Of a stretch of DNA of 64,000 nucleotides, positions 34,447-49,100 are shown piece after piece (the first letter of the stretch is position 1; the number at the start of each line of letters is the position of its first letter). The stretch covers positions 1,697,983 to 1,761,982 of the forward strand of contig NW_002060948.1 in assembly GCF_000150275.1 (NCBI RefSeq), given 5' to 3'. Source of the DNA: Trichoplax adhaerens (Eukaryota > Animalia > Placozoa). The notes beneath the pieces were generated by a model. The model was not told the origin of the DNA, searched no databases, and saw only the letters and a list, made by a program, of their open reading frames with translations. The translations under genes were made by a program, and so were the position numbers.

Positions 34447-36720
34447 GTGGGTTGATTACCTCGCTTGACTAACTTTGTACCATTAGTTCCAAGTACTTCA
34501 TATATTATATGATTTTTCAAGTCAAATCACTGAAGGATATTTCTTGAGTAATTTTCAACATCGAGTATTTATATGCAGTATATTCAGAGTTGAATAGAGT
34601 GCACCCGGGTATTCTACGAAAACTTTGATGCCCATACAATCCAATACAAACGAGTATATTAATATCATGATCAAGTACATCTTGTCCAAATAGTTTTTTC
34701 AAACTCAACTTTCCTATTTTCAAAAATAAGTACATCACGTCCAAATATTCCTCCCAATCAACTTTCAGCATTGTACCCATTTCAGAATTGACTAGGATAC
34801 CATTATTCAGCTAAATTTTTTATATAGTCTAAATATCCAGCTTATCGAATTAGGATTACAGTATATACATAAATCGTTCAGGACATCTGCAATGGCGTAT
34901 TTTTAAAATTAGCTGCTGAATATTAAAGCAATACCAGTGTTTTATAATTTCAATCTCGGCATCAAAATTTCAGTTATGTATTTTAAACAATTCCAATCGG
35001 TTATGTTCAGCTAAAATTGTATATAATTCAATCGTCAAGTTTGTCAAATTGGAATTTTTTATAAACTGACTATTTCCATTATTTCAACCTGTGCTGAAGT
35101 AGTACCAATATGTGCTAGCGTACCATTTACTATATATTATAAAATTTCAGTTTTTTGATAACCTGATAGTAAGCTACAGTATCATGCAGATATTTCTTCT
35201 CTTTTTCTGTAAAAGCAATATTGTTTATTATTTCATGTTTACATGCGATTCTCAAATTAATCTACCAATACTGACTTTCAAAAATTTTTATTTTAATTTG
35301 CATCCAGTATTTATTCTTTCGTAAAAAACATTTTAAACTCTACCCAGTATTTTAAGTATTTCCAATTAGCAATAGCTAACTAGTCTCCACAGATCGTGCA
35401 ACGATCACTTTACTACTTATAGAACTACCGGTAGCTACTCATCGCTGTAATTTTAATTTTATCAAGAATAACAACTCTATCATTTTGTGCTATGGAACAA
35501 TACATGCATGATAGATTCTTTCTAAGCTACAAACTCGTTACTTCCGTTTAGCAGCGTTATTTTACAATTATGGAACTTGATGCCAATCTCTGCAATTTTA
35601 TTAACTATAACTCCCATTTTCTGCAATATACATAATTGTGAACGCTCATCTTGATAGAGTCCTTGCAGATACTAGTCGCAAGTTCTTAAAGTCTATTTAA
35701 ATTATGACTAACATTAGTTAGTTTAAATAAGAGCGATTAGTCTATTCCGTATATTTAATAATTCGGTATTAGCTACTGGAAATAAATAACAACTAATAAG
35801 CAATAGGAAGATTGTCGATTTCTGTCTGGTATTCTATAAATATGGAGCATTCCCGATGTTCAATAATAACATAAACAAGGATCTAACAAATTCTGTTAAA
35901 AGACTAAGATTAATCCTATTTATTTCAAATATTACCGTAAGTAATCAAATTGCATTATTACAACTGTGGATTGTTTCTGCTATTTTAACCACTTTATGAA
36001 GTATCCTTATCCTTTGTTTTTCCAATGTAACTAGGAATCGAGCAATTTACGTTAAGAATTAATACTAATTATACTTATTTCAAACATTAAGAACGGTAAA
36101 TTAACAAGTACTGCATTAGTAACACTATGGTATATCTGCTACTTTAGCTAGTTTTTACGGAGGGTCAAACCTTATTCTTAATCTTATAATTGAAGCGAAA
36201 GAATGAAACTTAATCTGATTATTCTACATATTAGGTAATCCAATAAAGAATGTGCTATTTCGCTTTCGTCAATCAAAATCGATGTGATGTCTTATAAACC
36301 TACACTATATGCTCTCATATTATCCCATCTACTATAGTTTCGATTACTACATACATATACCGTATGTAGCTCAATATCGCAACTAGCTGCTTCGGATATC
36401 GCTCAGAGTACATTTTAGATCGCTATAAATTAGATACTTGACTGCGATAGATTAATTTTATTTGATAATGTAGCGCACACAGTAAAACTATAGATTTCGC
36501 TTAGTATTCTTGCCGTATTCTTTACTATATTAATCTGCAATACCACGGATTTTTCGACTATCCCAGCGAAATTTCATATTGTATGCTTACTGTTTTCCTT
36601 TTTATAATTGATACAAGAACTTATCCTATTTTGTCCAAATAACAGCGCTAATTACACTTTGTACGCATATTAAGCCATTACTTAAGATTAAAATGCATCA
36701 TTTTTAGGACAATCCTTGGT

Positions 36721-37330
36721 AAAATCGACATCAATCTATTCTCACGGAAGGGTAGAAAATAATAGTTAACCTCAAGTGCCTTTTCCTTTCCACATTCTCC
36801 TATAGTAAAGTCTAAAGTATCCAACACGTCTATTGTAGTTATGCAACTGAATACAGTATTTCAACTAAATTAAAAGTACTAGCCAAAAAAAATAAGAAAA
36901 CAAGCAATCAAAATAGACTAATAATTAACTACTTTTTTACCCACTATCCTAGCAAGATTTTGTAAAGTATACTTCATATATTCTTATCATTTAAATTAGA
37001 ATTTACCCAAATCCATTTATATAGCTATTTTCTGTAATATTTTCCATATCTATTCAGTAATAGAATAAAGATTTTATCATTTCTTATTTCCTTAAATTAA
37101 TCTGTACGATAAAGTCTAGCAAATCGACATCAATCCATTTCGTATGGTAGAAAATGAATAGTTTCTCTCTAGTGCCTTCTACTCTTCTACAATCTCTTAA
37201 TTTATAGTATAGTCTTGATTACTCTCGATATTGTATACGAGTACAAGTGAATACAGTATCTAACCAGGTTGAAAGGAGTGGTGAGAAATAAGAAGATAAA
37301 CAGACAAAAATAGACCGTTAATCATTGTTA
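36721..37330. repeat. Old direct duplication (about 400-bp offset)
   Basis: AAATCGACATCAATC..GGTAGAAAAT..AGTGCCTT..AATACAGTAT..AAAATAGAC at about 36721 and 37121. Confidence 0.7.
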
Positions 37331-38529
37331 TTCTATCTTTTATCTATTCAATTCTTGTGTTATACCAACCAATGAGATTATAAGAGATTTTTTTATTTGT
37401 CCTCATTTAAATTACTTGCAATCAAATATGTCATAACGGTAGCCGTCCAACCAGTAATAGAAAATTAACTGTTCAATAAATTCAATTTTATTACTTCTCT
37501 ACTTGACGGTAACGTTTCCAATCTCGACACATGACATGACTTTTAAGACTATTATCCTATCTAAAGTCTATTAAAGAGTTATAACGGTGGTTTCTATAAT
37601 TTAAGTGGATCAACCTTATTACGATTACTTTAGCCACATGCAATTTCTAAGTTCCATTTCTTACCTACAATCTTGACTATTGGTAGTGGATAGAAGAGGG
37701 AAAAAAACAATTTAACTTCTAGAATTAAGAAATTAAATGATATTAAACAGCAATTTTCATATTGATTACATACAATTGCCTATTTAACTTTCCGTCATTT
37801 TGGATATGAAACGATTAAATCCTTATTGTTAAGGTAAGTTATACTGTATAATTTTAGAAAAGATAGAGGGCTAAAAATTATTTAAGAATAGCGCATGAAA
37901 ATTGGGCATGTAATCTTGGTAAACTAATTATTGATTATGAATTTATAAAAATAAATTTCTATTCTCTGCCATGCTTACACAACTTAATCAGCCTATTAAA
38001 TGAGTAATATTTGACTTTATAACCTTTCATTCTTTTCTTCCTTTTTATTAAAATTAAGAAAAAAATATAGCATGACGTTCTTTCATAGCAGGATAAACGA
38101 GATGTTTTAAAATTTAAACCTCGTTATGTACAGTATGCCCAATCTTTGCTCTTCGTCCATAACGCTATCATCAGTAATATATTCAATTCTTTTTGATCTT
38201 TTCACCCAACTACTTAAGCCACTTTAAGATCAATATACCGTAGTTTAAATTGACTACTGAGAATACGATATGAGTTCTATAATCAAACAATACATGAAGA
38301 TAAAAAAAACTCAGCTTGAAAATTGCACTCACCAAACGAAAACTACAGTCGATACGCTATCTATCCCAATAGCCTTGCCATCATTTTTCTCTACAACACG
38401 AAGCATAACGGCCAACTTTAGATAATTCTTCTTATTCCATTCTTTAGAAAGAAATAATCGACAATCACAGTAATCCGTCAACCATTTATATGCAATATTG
38501 AACAGTTATTCTTACGCTGCAATGTTTAG

Positions 38530-39140
38530 TAAAGTATGGCTATAAAATGGATAACCATTATTTTGACTGAAGGTTAGAGTGCTTTAGTCGAAATTGTTTC
38601 TACTTTACAATATTAAAAAGTTATGATTACCTTTTAATCCATTAATAAACTGTGACTATATAATGGATAATTATTCTCTTGATTGATGGTTCGAGTTTGG
38701 TAGTGAAAATGGTTTCCACTTCATAGCATAATATTGAAAAGTTATTATTACCTTCTAATCTGTGAGTAAACTATGGCTTTAAAATGGGTAACCATTATCT
38801 TGATTGATGAGTAAACTACCGCACTCGAAATTGTTTATACTTAAATGCATAATATTAAAATATGATAATTACTTTTTAACCTGTTAGTAAACTATGACCA
38901 TCAACGATCATGACTGTCATATGTTGAGTTTAATCTGTCTACTTTCAATGGAAATTGTTTATACTTTAAGAATAATATTGAAAAGTTATGATTACTTTCT
39001 AATCTGTTAGTAAACTAGGGCTATCAGTAATCGTGACAGCCATGTGTTACATTTCATCTGTTTACATGTAGAATATAAATTACTTTTTGCTCTCCAAGAA
39101 TAATATTGAAAAGTTATGATTACATTTTAATCCACTAATA
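38530..39140. repeat. Degenerate ~118-bp tandem repeat (about 5 copies)
   Basis: Recurrent AATATT(G/A)AAAAGTTATGATTAC..TAATC..GTAAACT at about 38609, 38730, 38851, 38975 and 39102. Confidence 0.8.
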
Positions 39141-40103
39141 TAATACGACCATCACACATAAAAATGGTACTGTATTAAATTGAATCAGTCCACCTCAACT
39201 CGATTAAAATACGCTAAATTACCAATCTTATCCTCTCAATTTTTCAACAACATACGGATCTGGCGTAGCTCACAACTAATTTAAAAGAAATTGTAGCATT
39301 TTTTAAATCTGGAGTAAACAGGAAAGCTTGTTCCCTCTTGAGCATAGGCTAGCTATAACTTTTTATTCTTCAACATACTTGCAGCGCAGTTAAATTGACT
39401 ATAGAAACAAGAAAAATCTAATTCTCGGTTACTCCATAGAAACTTTTGCAACCACGACTAACTTTAAATTGTTAAAACCCAGTAGTATATCTTTACTCTC
39501 TTTCAGAAATTCATTTTTTGCTCATATCTGCTCCAGCGACTGAAATATCAATAGGCACAGTTATTTTTCTCCACATTACAGCACTAACTTGTCAACATCA
39601 TCTATTTAAACTCAATGCTATTCTTATTTATCTCTTTCATATTCATTACCTCTAAATTTGTAAGCATCCGATTGATGACAACTACATTTTTACAGTCTTA
39701 AAATAATTACTTAATTATCAATCGATATTAAGGATGGGAAAGTTAAATAATTTAAATATTTGCTTGCAATCTTATTTCGTGTAGCTGCTTTGCAAGTTAT
39801 ATTTAAGTTGCTTTATAAAGTGATTTTATAAACTGTATCCTATTGATGAACTACTCGCAATGCATTGCAGTAGAAGTAACAATAGTTTAAATAGTTTAAA
39901 AAATCTCCATAGAAGATAGATTGATATCGGTAGAGGTAGTAAAGTCAAAATAGGATTGCAATAAAAAGAAATTTTATTTTAAGTAATAACTATCCAAACA
40001 GGAAGCTATTCCTTCTTATTCAAGATGGTGATTTAATCCCCTGACCATATTGGTTAATCAATTAACATTATAGGTGCTGTAATCTGATTAAGTCTAAACA
40101 AAA

Positions 40104-43100
40104 ATGAACAAAAGTGGAAGCAGTAAAATTAGCTTAAATACAAGCCAATATGAACAAGTAAGTAGAAAATGCTTCGATAATCCCACTTTGTCTGCTTGCA
40201 TCTTCCTCTAATAAATTTTTGGTCAATACTATGTTGCTTTTGAATTATTTTAGCTCCATGAATAGTTACAGATGTTCAATTTCTTTCAATAGAGTAATGG
40301 CGTTATTGTTTGCAGTTATATTGTCGTTCAATCTATTTTTTACCAATTAAAATAACGTTAGTAAAGTCTTGCCATTTCCATGATGAAGTAATACACGATA
40401 CGGTCATAGCTTCTAAATTATTACTTTTGCCTTATTGATGGTAAATGATTGAAATCAGTTCTTTCTTGCCTGATCTATTTTGTTTGTGTGCGTCTTAATT
40501 TGTAGAAATTTTATGGGAGTCCACTGAGCAAAAACTCGAATTTAGACGATACTGACGAGTTACTGCGGTATAAAATCGGAGAAGACAATCCATCTATTCA
40601 TAGTGCCAGCCGAATTAGTGGTAGTTTTACACGCTATCGTGGCGGTAGTAAGTTATCACGATATCAATCTTCACCCAATTACCCTAGCCACTATGATGAA
40701 AATTACCAATATCCTATGAACTCCAATTCGCAATTATCTTTCTCGCCTAATCACTTTGCTAGTAACCCTGTCAATCGATATGATTTAGCATCGACTCCAG
40801 ATAGCTTAAGAAATACCAGTTTACATGGAGAATCTGTTCTTGATAACAGCGTAGCAAATCCAAGCCTGGTCTATTCTCATCGAGGTGATGATTATAGCAA
40901 GAATTACTCTTTAGAGCAAAAGAAACACGATGAGCCAATTGAAGCTACAAATGGGCAAGCTTCGGATACAGCATCAACTCAACAGCAAACTAGTGATAGC
41001 CTTCATGATGGATTCGATTCAAATAGTCAAGATTTGCATCGATTTGGTCATCTCGACAATGAAGCACTCGTCAAGAGGACTCAAAAATTACTGGATGAGA
41101 CATTAGAATCTTATGATAAAGAAGCTTATGTTCAAGGAACCCAATGGAGTGATCAAAGATATCAAGGACATGCGAGTATCACTACAAGTCATGGTAAGTC
41201 ATTACTCTCCTTTATTACTAATATCTTGCAACTTTTATGCTGATGTAAGGAGAATTCTAACCTTGAAAAATGAAATCCTTCAGAATTGAAACATCGTCAA
41301 AAACAAAATGTATCGATGGAACATGATAGGTCTTATTCGAAACCTAAGATAACGGATTCAGCAACTAACAGAAGTGCTAATTATTATCCTGATCATCATA
41401 AACTCTCAACCAATACCAGTATCAATATAGGTAAGTTTCGATCAAGTCTACTTGGACTATATAAATTCAGTAAAGGAAAAACTAACATTTAATGTGTTTT
41501 GCTAAAGTTGCGATCTTTTAATTTGAAAAAAAATTTTAAAGTCATTTTGCTTAAATCGGAAATTAATTGTTAGACTTTATATCTTCACCGCTTTGCAAAT
41601 ATCATCACTAGTATAGATTATACTTCCCCCTACAGCTTTAAACCGGTTAAATTTCGACAGATTTGTTCAACTTTAATAACAAATTCTTATTCAGCTGTGT
41701 TTGATAGCTTCATCGTTTTGCAATATTCCCTGTGTAGATTATGCTTCGCCGAACGATTCTATTGAAACTGCCGATTTGGGAATTCGAGAGGATATGGAAG
41801 TTATATCGAATGTTTCATCTATACCGATGGATGCTGATTTATTGCAAAGGTAAGATTCTTCGCGCATTGTTGCCTATTAATTTTTGAATGTGCTCGCTAG
41901 ATATCGATATACAGCACAAGTAAATACCTATCGAAAAATCAGCATAAATTTAAGTCTAAAACTACGATCTAGCCATGGAAAAATAAGATTCGACATTATA
42001 ATATCACACGCATTCTAACGCCTTATCTTTCGCTCTAAGGGTTTACAATCATAAGGATAAATTCGTATTGATACAAAGGTAGCATTTTCAATAAAGGGAT
42101 TAAATGTGAGACTGACAAGGGTAAATCTACTTCAGGATAGGTTAGGGATATTTCTGCGTTTGCTGCAAGCTTATATATCAGCATTACTGTAGCGTTGGAA
42201 CCGAAGATTATGTTTCTTCTTGATAAATTTATTTTAGATTAGGCTAAGTTGTGGGATATTTCTAGATTGCTGCAGGTTTTCCTATCATTATTATCATAGT
42301 ATAGTATAAGAAATGTCTAATGTTTCTTCTGAGCAAATTTATTTTAGAATAAGTATAGCAAAAATTCTCAGATTACTGCGAATGTTTCTATCAATATTAC
42401 TTTTGTGCAGAATAGGGGATTATGTTTCTTCTGGATAAATTTCCTTTAGAATAAGTGAGAGAATATTTGTAATTGCTGCGAGCCTTTCTCTCATTATTAC
42501 TATAGTTTCTTTAGCGAAAATACTAAAACTAAATTTCAAAGATGGTCCAGTTCATAGTATTTTACAGCTGTTATCCCAGACTAAATTTACAGTTGCATTG
42601 TATAGCATACAACTTGGCAAAAAAGTTTCTATACTTTAGCATAGGTAGTAGCCAATTGTACGTCTATATACACTGTCAAAAAATTAGACAGAAAATACTA
42701 TTTCTGTAATAGTTAATAAAGGGAAGGAAATTTACTCTAGTGCTTGCCAACACGCATCCAATGGGCCATCAATCTTATAATCACCTTAAATTATAATTCA
42801 AGTAGTAATGAATCAATTTCTTCCTTTAAATTGAGAACTTTCCGGCTCAAATAGGCATAATGTCATTTCGAATTGAGCTTTGTCTCATATTTACCTTAGC
42901 TGCAGTTCAATTTTTACTGCCAACATCGTAATGTAGTAATTTATGATAACCTTATTCTACAACACTCAATCTATTCAGAATTATGATTATAGTCCAGGGA
43001 TATCATCAAGGTAGTGTCTAATCTTCTCGAACTAATATAGTTTTATCTTGAAATTTGATTATCATCATGTTTATAACCAGGATTTCCGATAATTATAACT

Positions 43101-46100
43101 GACTTATTCATCATCATCATCACTCGAGCTCAGCAAATATAAATCATCAAATCATTAACATCTTACTCAGCCATCGCTGCTACTACAGGGTAGATAGTAT
43201 AATCCATGACTATCATTCTATGACCTTAACATCTTACTTAACCATCCTACCATTAGATAATGAATCTATCGTTTTGATCGAAACTAAGTCCATCAATTTA
43301 TCGAAATAGTTTATGATATGCTCATATGGTAGGGTAGATAGTATCATGGATGGGCTATCATTTCCTCATTCTAACACCTTACTTAACTACTACTACTGTA
43401 AAATAATCAATCATTTTGTTTGAAACCAGACCTATAGTATTGGCTGGAATAGTTTAGAATATAGTATGATGGATGGGCTATCATTCCCTAACTTTGATAT
43501 CTTACTTACTGTAACCATCACTACTGTAAGATAATCCATCATTTTGTTTGAAACTAGGCCAAATAATAGTTGTTAAAATAATTTATAATAAAGTAGAAAT
43601 CGATAGTATAATAGATAGGATATCATTTCGTAATAACTCTGATATCTTATTTAACCATCACTGCTATTAGAGAATTAATCGATCATTTTGGTTGAAACAA
43701 GGCCCTTGAATTCGTTCTAATAATAATAGAGTAGGGTAGATAATATGGTGGATGGGCTAGCATTCCCTCACTGTAATACTTTACAATTACTACCGTACTC
43801 TTCGAGAATTATATATCGTTAATTAATCATTATGGTTGAAACAAGGCTAATGCATTTGTTGAAATAATTTACTATACAGCGAGGGGAAGAGGAGATATAA
43901 TTATAGATGGGCTATCATTTCCTCACCTGGCCATCTTCATCACGATAAGATAATATCCATCATTCTATTCATACTCAATCATCCCTACCGTTTCGATAGT
44001 TCATCATTCTCGTTGAAATCATATCCATTGAAATAACATGCAATAGAATAGATTCGACTGCAGAATGGATGGGCTATCATTTTCATGCTACAATAATGTT
44101 ATACCAGCATACTACAATAGCTATCAAGATGTAAATCTCATACAACAACAGTTTAATACCAGCCGATCAAATACATAAATAACCCTTCCCTCCATTATTT
44201 CCTTCCAAAATGGGCTATTAGCAATCGATCCGTTATGCCGACAAGCCAATTATCATCACCAAGAGTTGAACAAGCTTTTGACCACGATAAAGTGATTGCA
44301 TCTACTTTAATTCAACCTCATCATCCAGTTAAGCAAGAGGATAAAAAAGAGGATCACAGCAATGTTCAACATCTTCCTCATGATGCTGCTCATCATCAAC
44401 AACAAGATCAAGCGAATCGTCCCAACATACAAGTAATTGATATGACGGATAAATCATCTCGACCAAATCAACTTAGCCAAGAAGAAATTGTCGCTGATGA
44501 GGATCGCATAGCTCAAAATCAACCAAGGCAAAAAGAAGCTGTAGTGAATGGTGAGGCTTTAGCTCAAAATCAACCAAGGCAAAGTGAAGTGGTAATGAAT
44601 GATGAGAACTTGGCTCAAAATCAACCAAGGCAACAAGAAATTACAGTCGATGATGAGACCTTGGCTAAAAATCAACAAACCCAAGAAGAAGTTATACGAA
44701 TATGGCGAGATATAACACGCGAAGGGAAACTGAAACGTGAACTATCCAATAATAATATAGCAGAAATGGAAAATGAAACTAGTCATGATGGCAAGACTAT
44801 CAATACGGAAAAGAAAGTTAAATTTTCTATTAACGATATCAAAGATGATGATGATCTTAAGAAAACGATAATATCCTCTGAGGATAGCAATCAAGTTCAG
44901 AATAGTCAACATACACAAATCGACGACGATCTGGATAGTAGTTATAATAGCCAATATGGTCGAAGACGGCGACCATCTCGAAGTTTCCGTCAGCGAAGTT
45001 TAGAAATTAAAAGGCTAGAACTACGAGAAACTACGCATTCTGAATTTCGCAATCATGTACAAAATTTAACCGAATCACGTAAACTTAGCTTACCTACCGA
45101 ATTAGATATGAAACTTCGAATGAATACTGCTGTTGCATTGCGACGACGTTCTAATAATGTTGCATTGCCGGCAGAGGTAGAAGAAAAGTTAAAACATTTA
45201 CAACGATATCCCTCGATCGATTTTGGCGACGATCTGGGGATTGATGAGAAATTAATGCGATTATTTGAAGATGATACTGATTCAGCTGAAGATGTCCTTA
45301 TTAGTTTAGGTTTTAGTTGTGCTGATGAACGCTTTATACCATCACGATTTGGCGATTCTTGGTTTCAACGTTTTCAATCGCCTGTCATTGAATTATCCAA
45401 CTCCATGTTAACCGATAGTCCATCAGAAACAGCCATTTATAGTAGTAATTGTCGTGAAGTTACCATGGAAGAATTAGTTGAAACTATGGGTGATCGAATA
45501 TCACTTTATGCATTACCACCCGATGCTGACGATTATGATGGTAGTGAAGAAAGTCGTATTCGATCTACATCGAAACTTGAAAATAAAGTCAAATTAAATA
45601 AATGGACTCGAGCTTTATCGCGATTAACGAAAGAGAAACGTGAAGAAATTTTACGCTTAACAAGAAGTGAAAGAACTGTAGCACGTTGGCATAAAGCTTT
45701 CCATCGATTAAATAAGCGAAAACGCCGAGAAATATTAAGTTATTATAATCCGCCTAAAGATACTTCCTTAACACCTGATGGCCAAACCGAGCTCAATGAT
45801 CATTCTTCATCCTTGTTGAAACCAAGCGAGACAGGAACTCAGTTAAAGAGAGCAGTATCTGATACTGATATTATTCGACAAATTCGATCGGAAAATTATT
45901 CCATGCAGCTTCCATCTAATTTAACATTATCACAAAGTGATCATGGAGAAATGAATCTCAACCCTATCTCTATCAAGACATTAAAAAGTGAGAACCAAAA
46001 AGAAAAAAATCAACTTCAAAAGGATACTACACCATCAACAACAAGTAAAATAATCCATCAAGAAAATGATCAAGTTAATACTGAAACGATCAACGATCAT

Positions 46101-49100
46101 CAAAATAATGAGCATCAACATCATCGATCATCAACCAGAGCGAAGAAAGAAAATACAGTTAATATTATGGATGATAAAGTGGACAATAATAATAATAATA
46201 ATTATAATAATATAGCTAGATTACGTTCATTTACATTAGATTTAGGAGATGGTATCGACGATGATAAAGACGATGCAATTGCCTTGACCAGAAAGCGTAG
46301 TGCATCGGCTCATCAGAAAACAAAATCCAAAACAGCTCGACCTAAACTATCAGCAATTGGTAAAAGACGACAATTGGATTTTGGTAGTCCTAAGAGTATC
46401 GAAGAAGATCAAGCTGTATCATCAGCAAAAGCGGATATTTCTATTACTAATATCAATTTCAATCCAAGACCTCTTCTATCGAATCGATCTCAATCATTAG
46501 CGCAGAATTTATTGAATGATGGCCGCCAGCTGTATAAACAACCTCTAGACAAGCCAAAAAATGCAGAGGATGATTCCATTCAGTCTAATTCAAAGTCAGT
46601 ACCTCATTCTAAGGATAATCCATTAGTTCTAGATCCTCTTAATAGTCAAGAAAGTCACCAAGGCGATCAAATATCATCATTGGCAATACCTGATGATAAC
46701 CAAACGAGTTCCAATTCAATCCATCAACAGAGTAATGATCGAGTAGATTCGATTTATAATCAGAATGATCGATCAGAGGATAAAGTACCATCATCAGCAG
46801 TATCAGATACTGCTACTACAATGAGTCATGATGATCTTAATCTTCCTGTATTAAATCCATCATGGATGGAGGAAAATATCAAGGATCAAGATCAAGTGAA
46901 TCAAAATAGAACGACTAGCCATAATGATAACAATCAATGTATAAATCAAATTAATGTTATACAAGCAAGTGGAAACGATCAACATCTTCTACATGATAAT
47001 CAAGTCAATAGAAAGGATTTCAAATTGAATCAGCAAGATGGTCATGATCTTCCACTCTTTGGGAATGATTCAAAGATTGATCAACCAGTGCTTAATGATG
47101 ATGATGATGATGTTGCAGTAGTCGTTAAGGATGATAGGATAGCCAATATAAGCTTGAAATCAGATAGTAGTCAGGGTTCAAGAAAGAGTCCCTTCTCCAA
47201 CTCAACTTGGCATAGTGATAGTAAAAATAGTTGTAAAGACGAAAATAATAATTTAACAGATGATCAAAACAAGCCTCTACTCCATCATGAGTCCAAGCCA
47301 CAAGAATTCATCGAAATGATCAACCATGATGGTAGTAATCACCATCATGATTGTAAATTAAATATACAAGATAGTTTAAACCTAACTAATGTTAATCGCA
47401 ACCCATTGATAGTTAAGCAAGTTCTAACCGACCCAATTAGATCCAATAAATCAAGTAACATGAGCCATGATGATATTGTAGACATGGAGAATAAACCTGA
47501 GATGTCAGGGTTCAACAAGGGTAGTCCTTCTCGAGTTGACGACTGCCTATTGCAAAAGCAACAAGTACAACCACTACCACCAGAGCAACAACAGCAAATG
47601 CAAGATGTTGTCGATGTTGATGAAAGGGAGAGTCAAGACTTTCCTAACCACAATCATGGTGTTAAAATAACTAGTACAACAGCACAAAACACTAAACAAC
47701 ACGCAAGTGTTTTACACTCTGATTTGACATCACCATTATCGCCAAATAGGTACATGGATGATTTAGTCATATCCAATGGTGATGGCGTACAAGAAGACTC
47801 CAAGCTAAATCAATCCGGCTTAGTGGGCCATGACAGAGTATCCGAACATCCATCCGCTCAATTAGATGATTATGATAGCCATCCGATTAAAAATCAAGTT
47901 ACGGATAGTAGTCGCTCTGGTGTTTTGATACCTTCTTATTCGCCTGCAGCCAATCCTTATGGTCGCTATTCAAAGCAAGAAAATTCAGCCTTTTCTTCAT
48001 CCTATATCCCTTCTTCATCGATAGCAGGGGTAAGAAAGAACTTTCTATTATTTAGTATTATGTGTGTAATCTAGTTGTCGTCTATAACATATTTTATACA
48101 TACTATAGATATCATCTAGAAACAGATATTTTTTATTGAACGTATAACTAGAATTCTTCTTTCATTATCTCAATATCTACTACTTGAAGCCTTCTTCCGC
48201 ATATATAACGCGCAACTTGAATTCTTCTTTCAATATCTTAATATCTAACGCTCAATTTGCAATCTTCTTCTGCATATCTAACGCACAACTTGAACTATTT
48301 TTGCACCATCTTAATACCTAACGCACAACTGCAACTATTCTTGCTCCATTTTAATATCTAAGGAGCAACTTGAACTTTTCATACACCATCTTCATATCTC
48401 AAAAGCAAATTTTTTGTATAATCTTTAGCTTTAATTTAAGCTATATTTCCGAGCTATTTTCCCATTGGTAATCTATGATTTCCAGCTTTGCTTTCATCTT
48501 AAAGCCTATCGTGACTATTTAAAAATTGCTTTAGTAGTAAATTAAGCTAGTGATCTTGGATTAAGACAAACTAATAACGAGAAATTAGAGATTGAAAATA
48601 ACTATGGATCTTAATCCTGTTTCTATTTTTAGAAATCACCTGGACATTCCAAATACCAATGGAGTAAGAAAGATTCAGCAAGTAGCTCTAACGGAGCACA
48701 AGAGGTATATAGATGCATGTTCAATTAGAATCGAAACAGTGTATCATTAATGTTATAGTTAGAATAAAGTCAGATTTCAGGATTTTATTCGTACCAATCA
48801 TTTCTCTATGTGGTCGATGAATATTAGGATGGATCATCTGAGAAAGCTTCGGATATTTTGATGTTGAATAATATACGGTTGGATATAAAAAAAGCAACAC
48901 AAGAAAAAGATGTTAGTACAATTTTATTTGATTCAATATTTAATCTTTCAATTTATATGACGATAGTGGATTAGTGCTACCTTTCAATTTTCATTCCATT
49001 CTCCATCAATTACAATTTATATCATAAAATAGAATAAAAACACAAGTATTGGTACATTCCTATAGCGTAGATAAAGAAAGAAAATTCTCTAGAATAATCC

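Noticed and set aside
34517-34780. 87-aa minus-strand ORF
   Set aside because: Built partly from an internal repeat (AAAGTTGA..ATTTGGAC..GATGTACTT); no domain and no linked exons.
42979-43010. Small extra exon in the ITPRID-like gene
   Set aside because: Has AG/GT borders, but inclusion would break the phase-2 join between 41849 and 44222.
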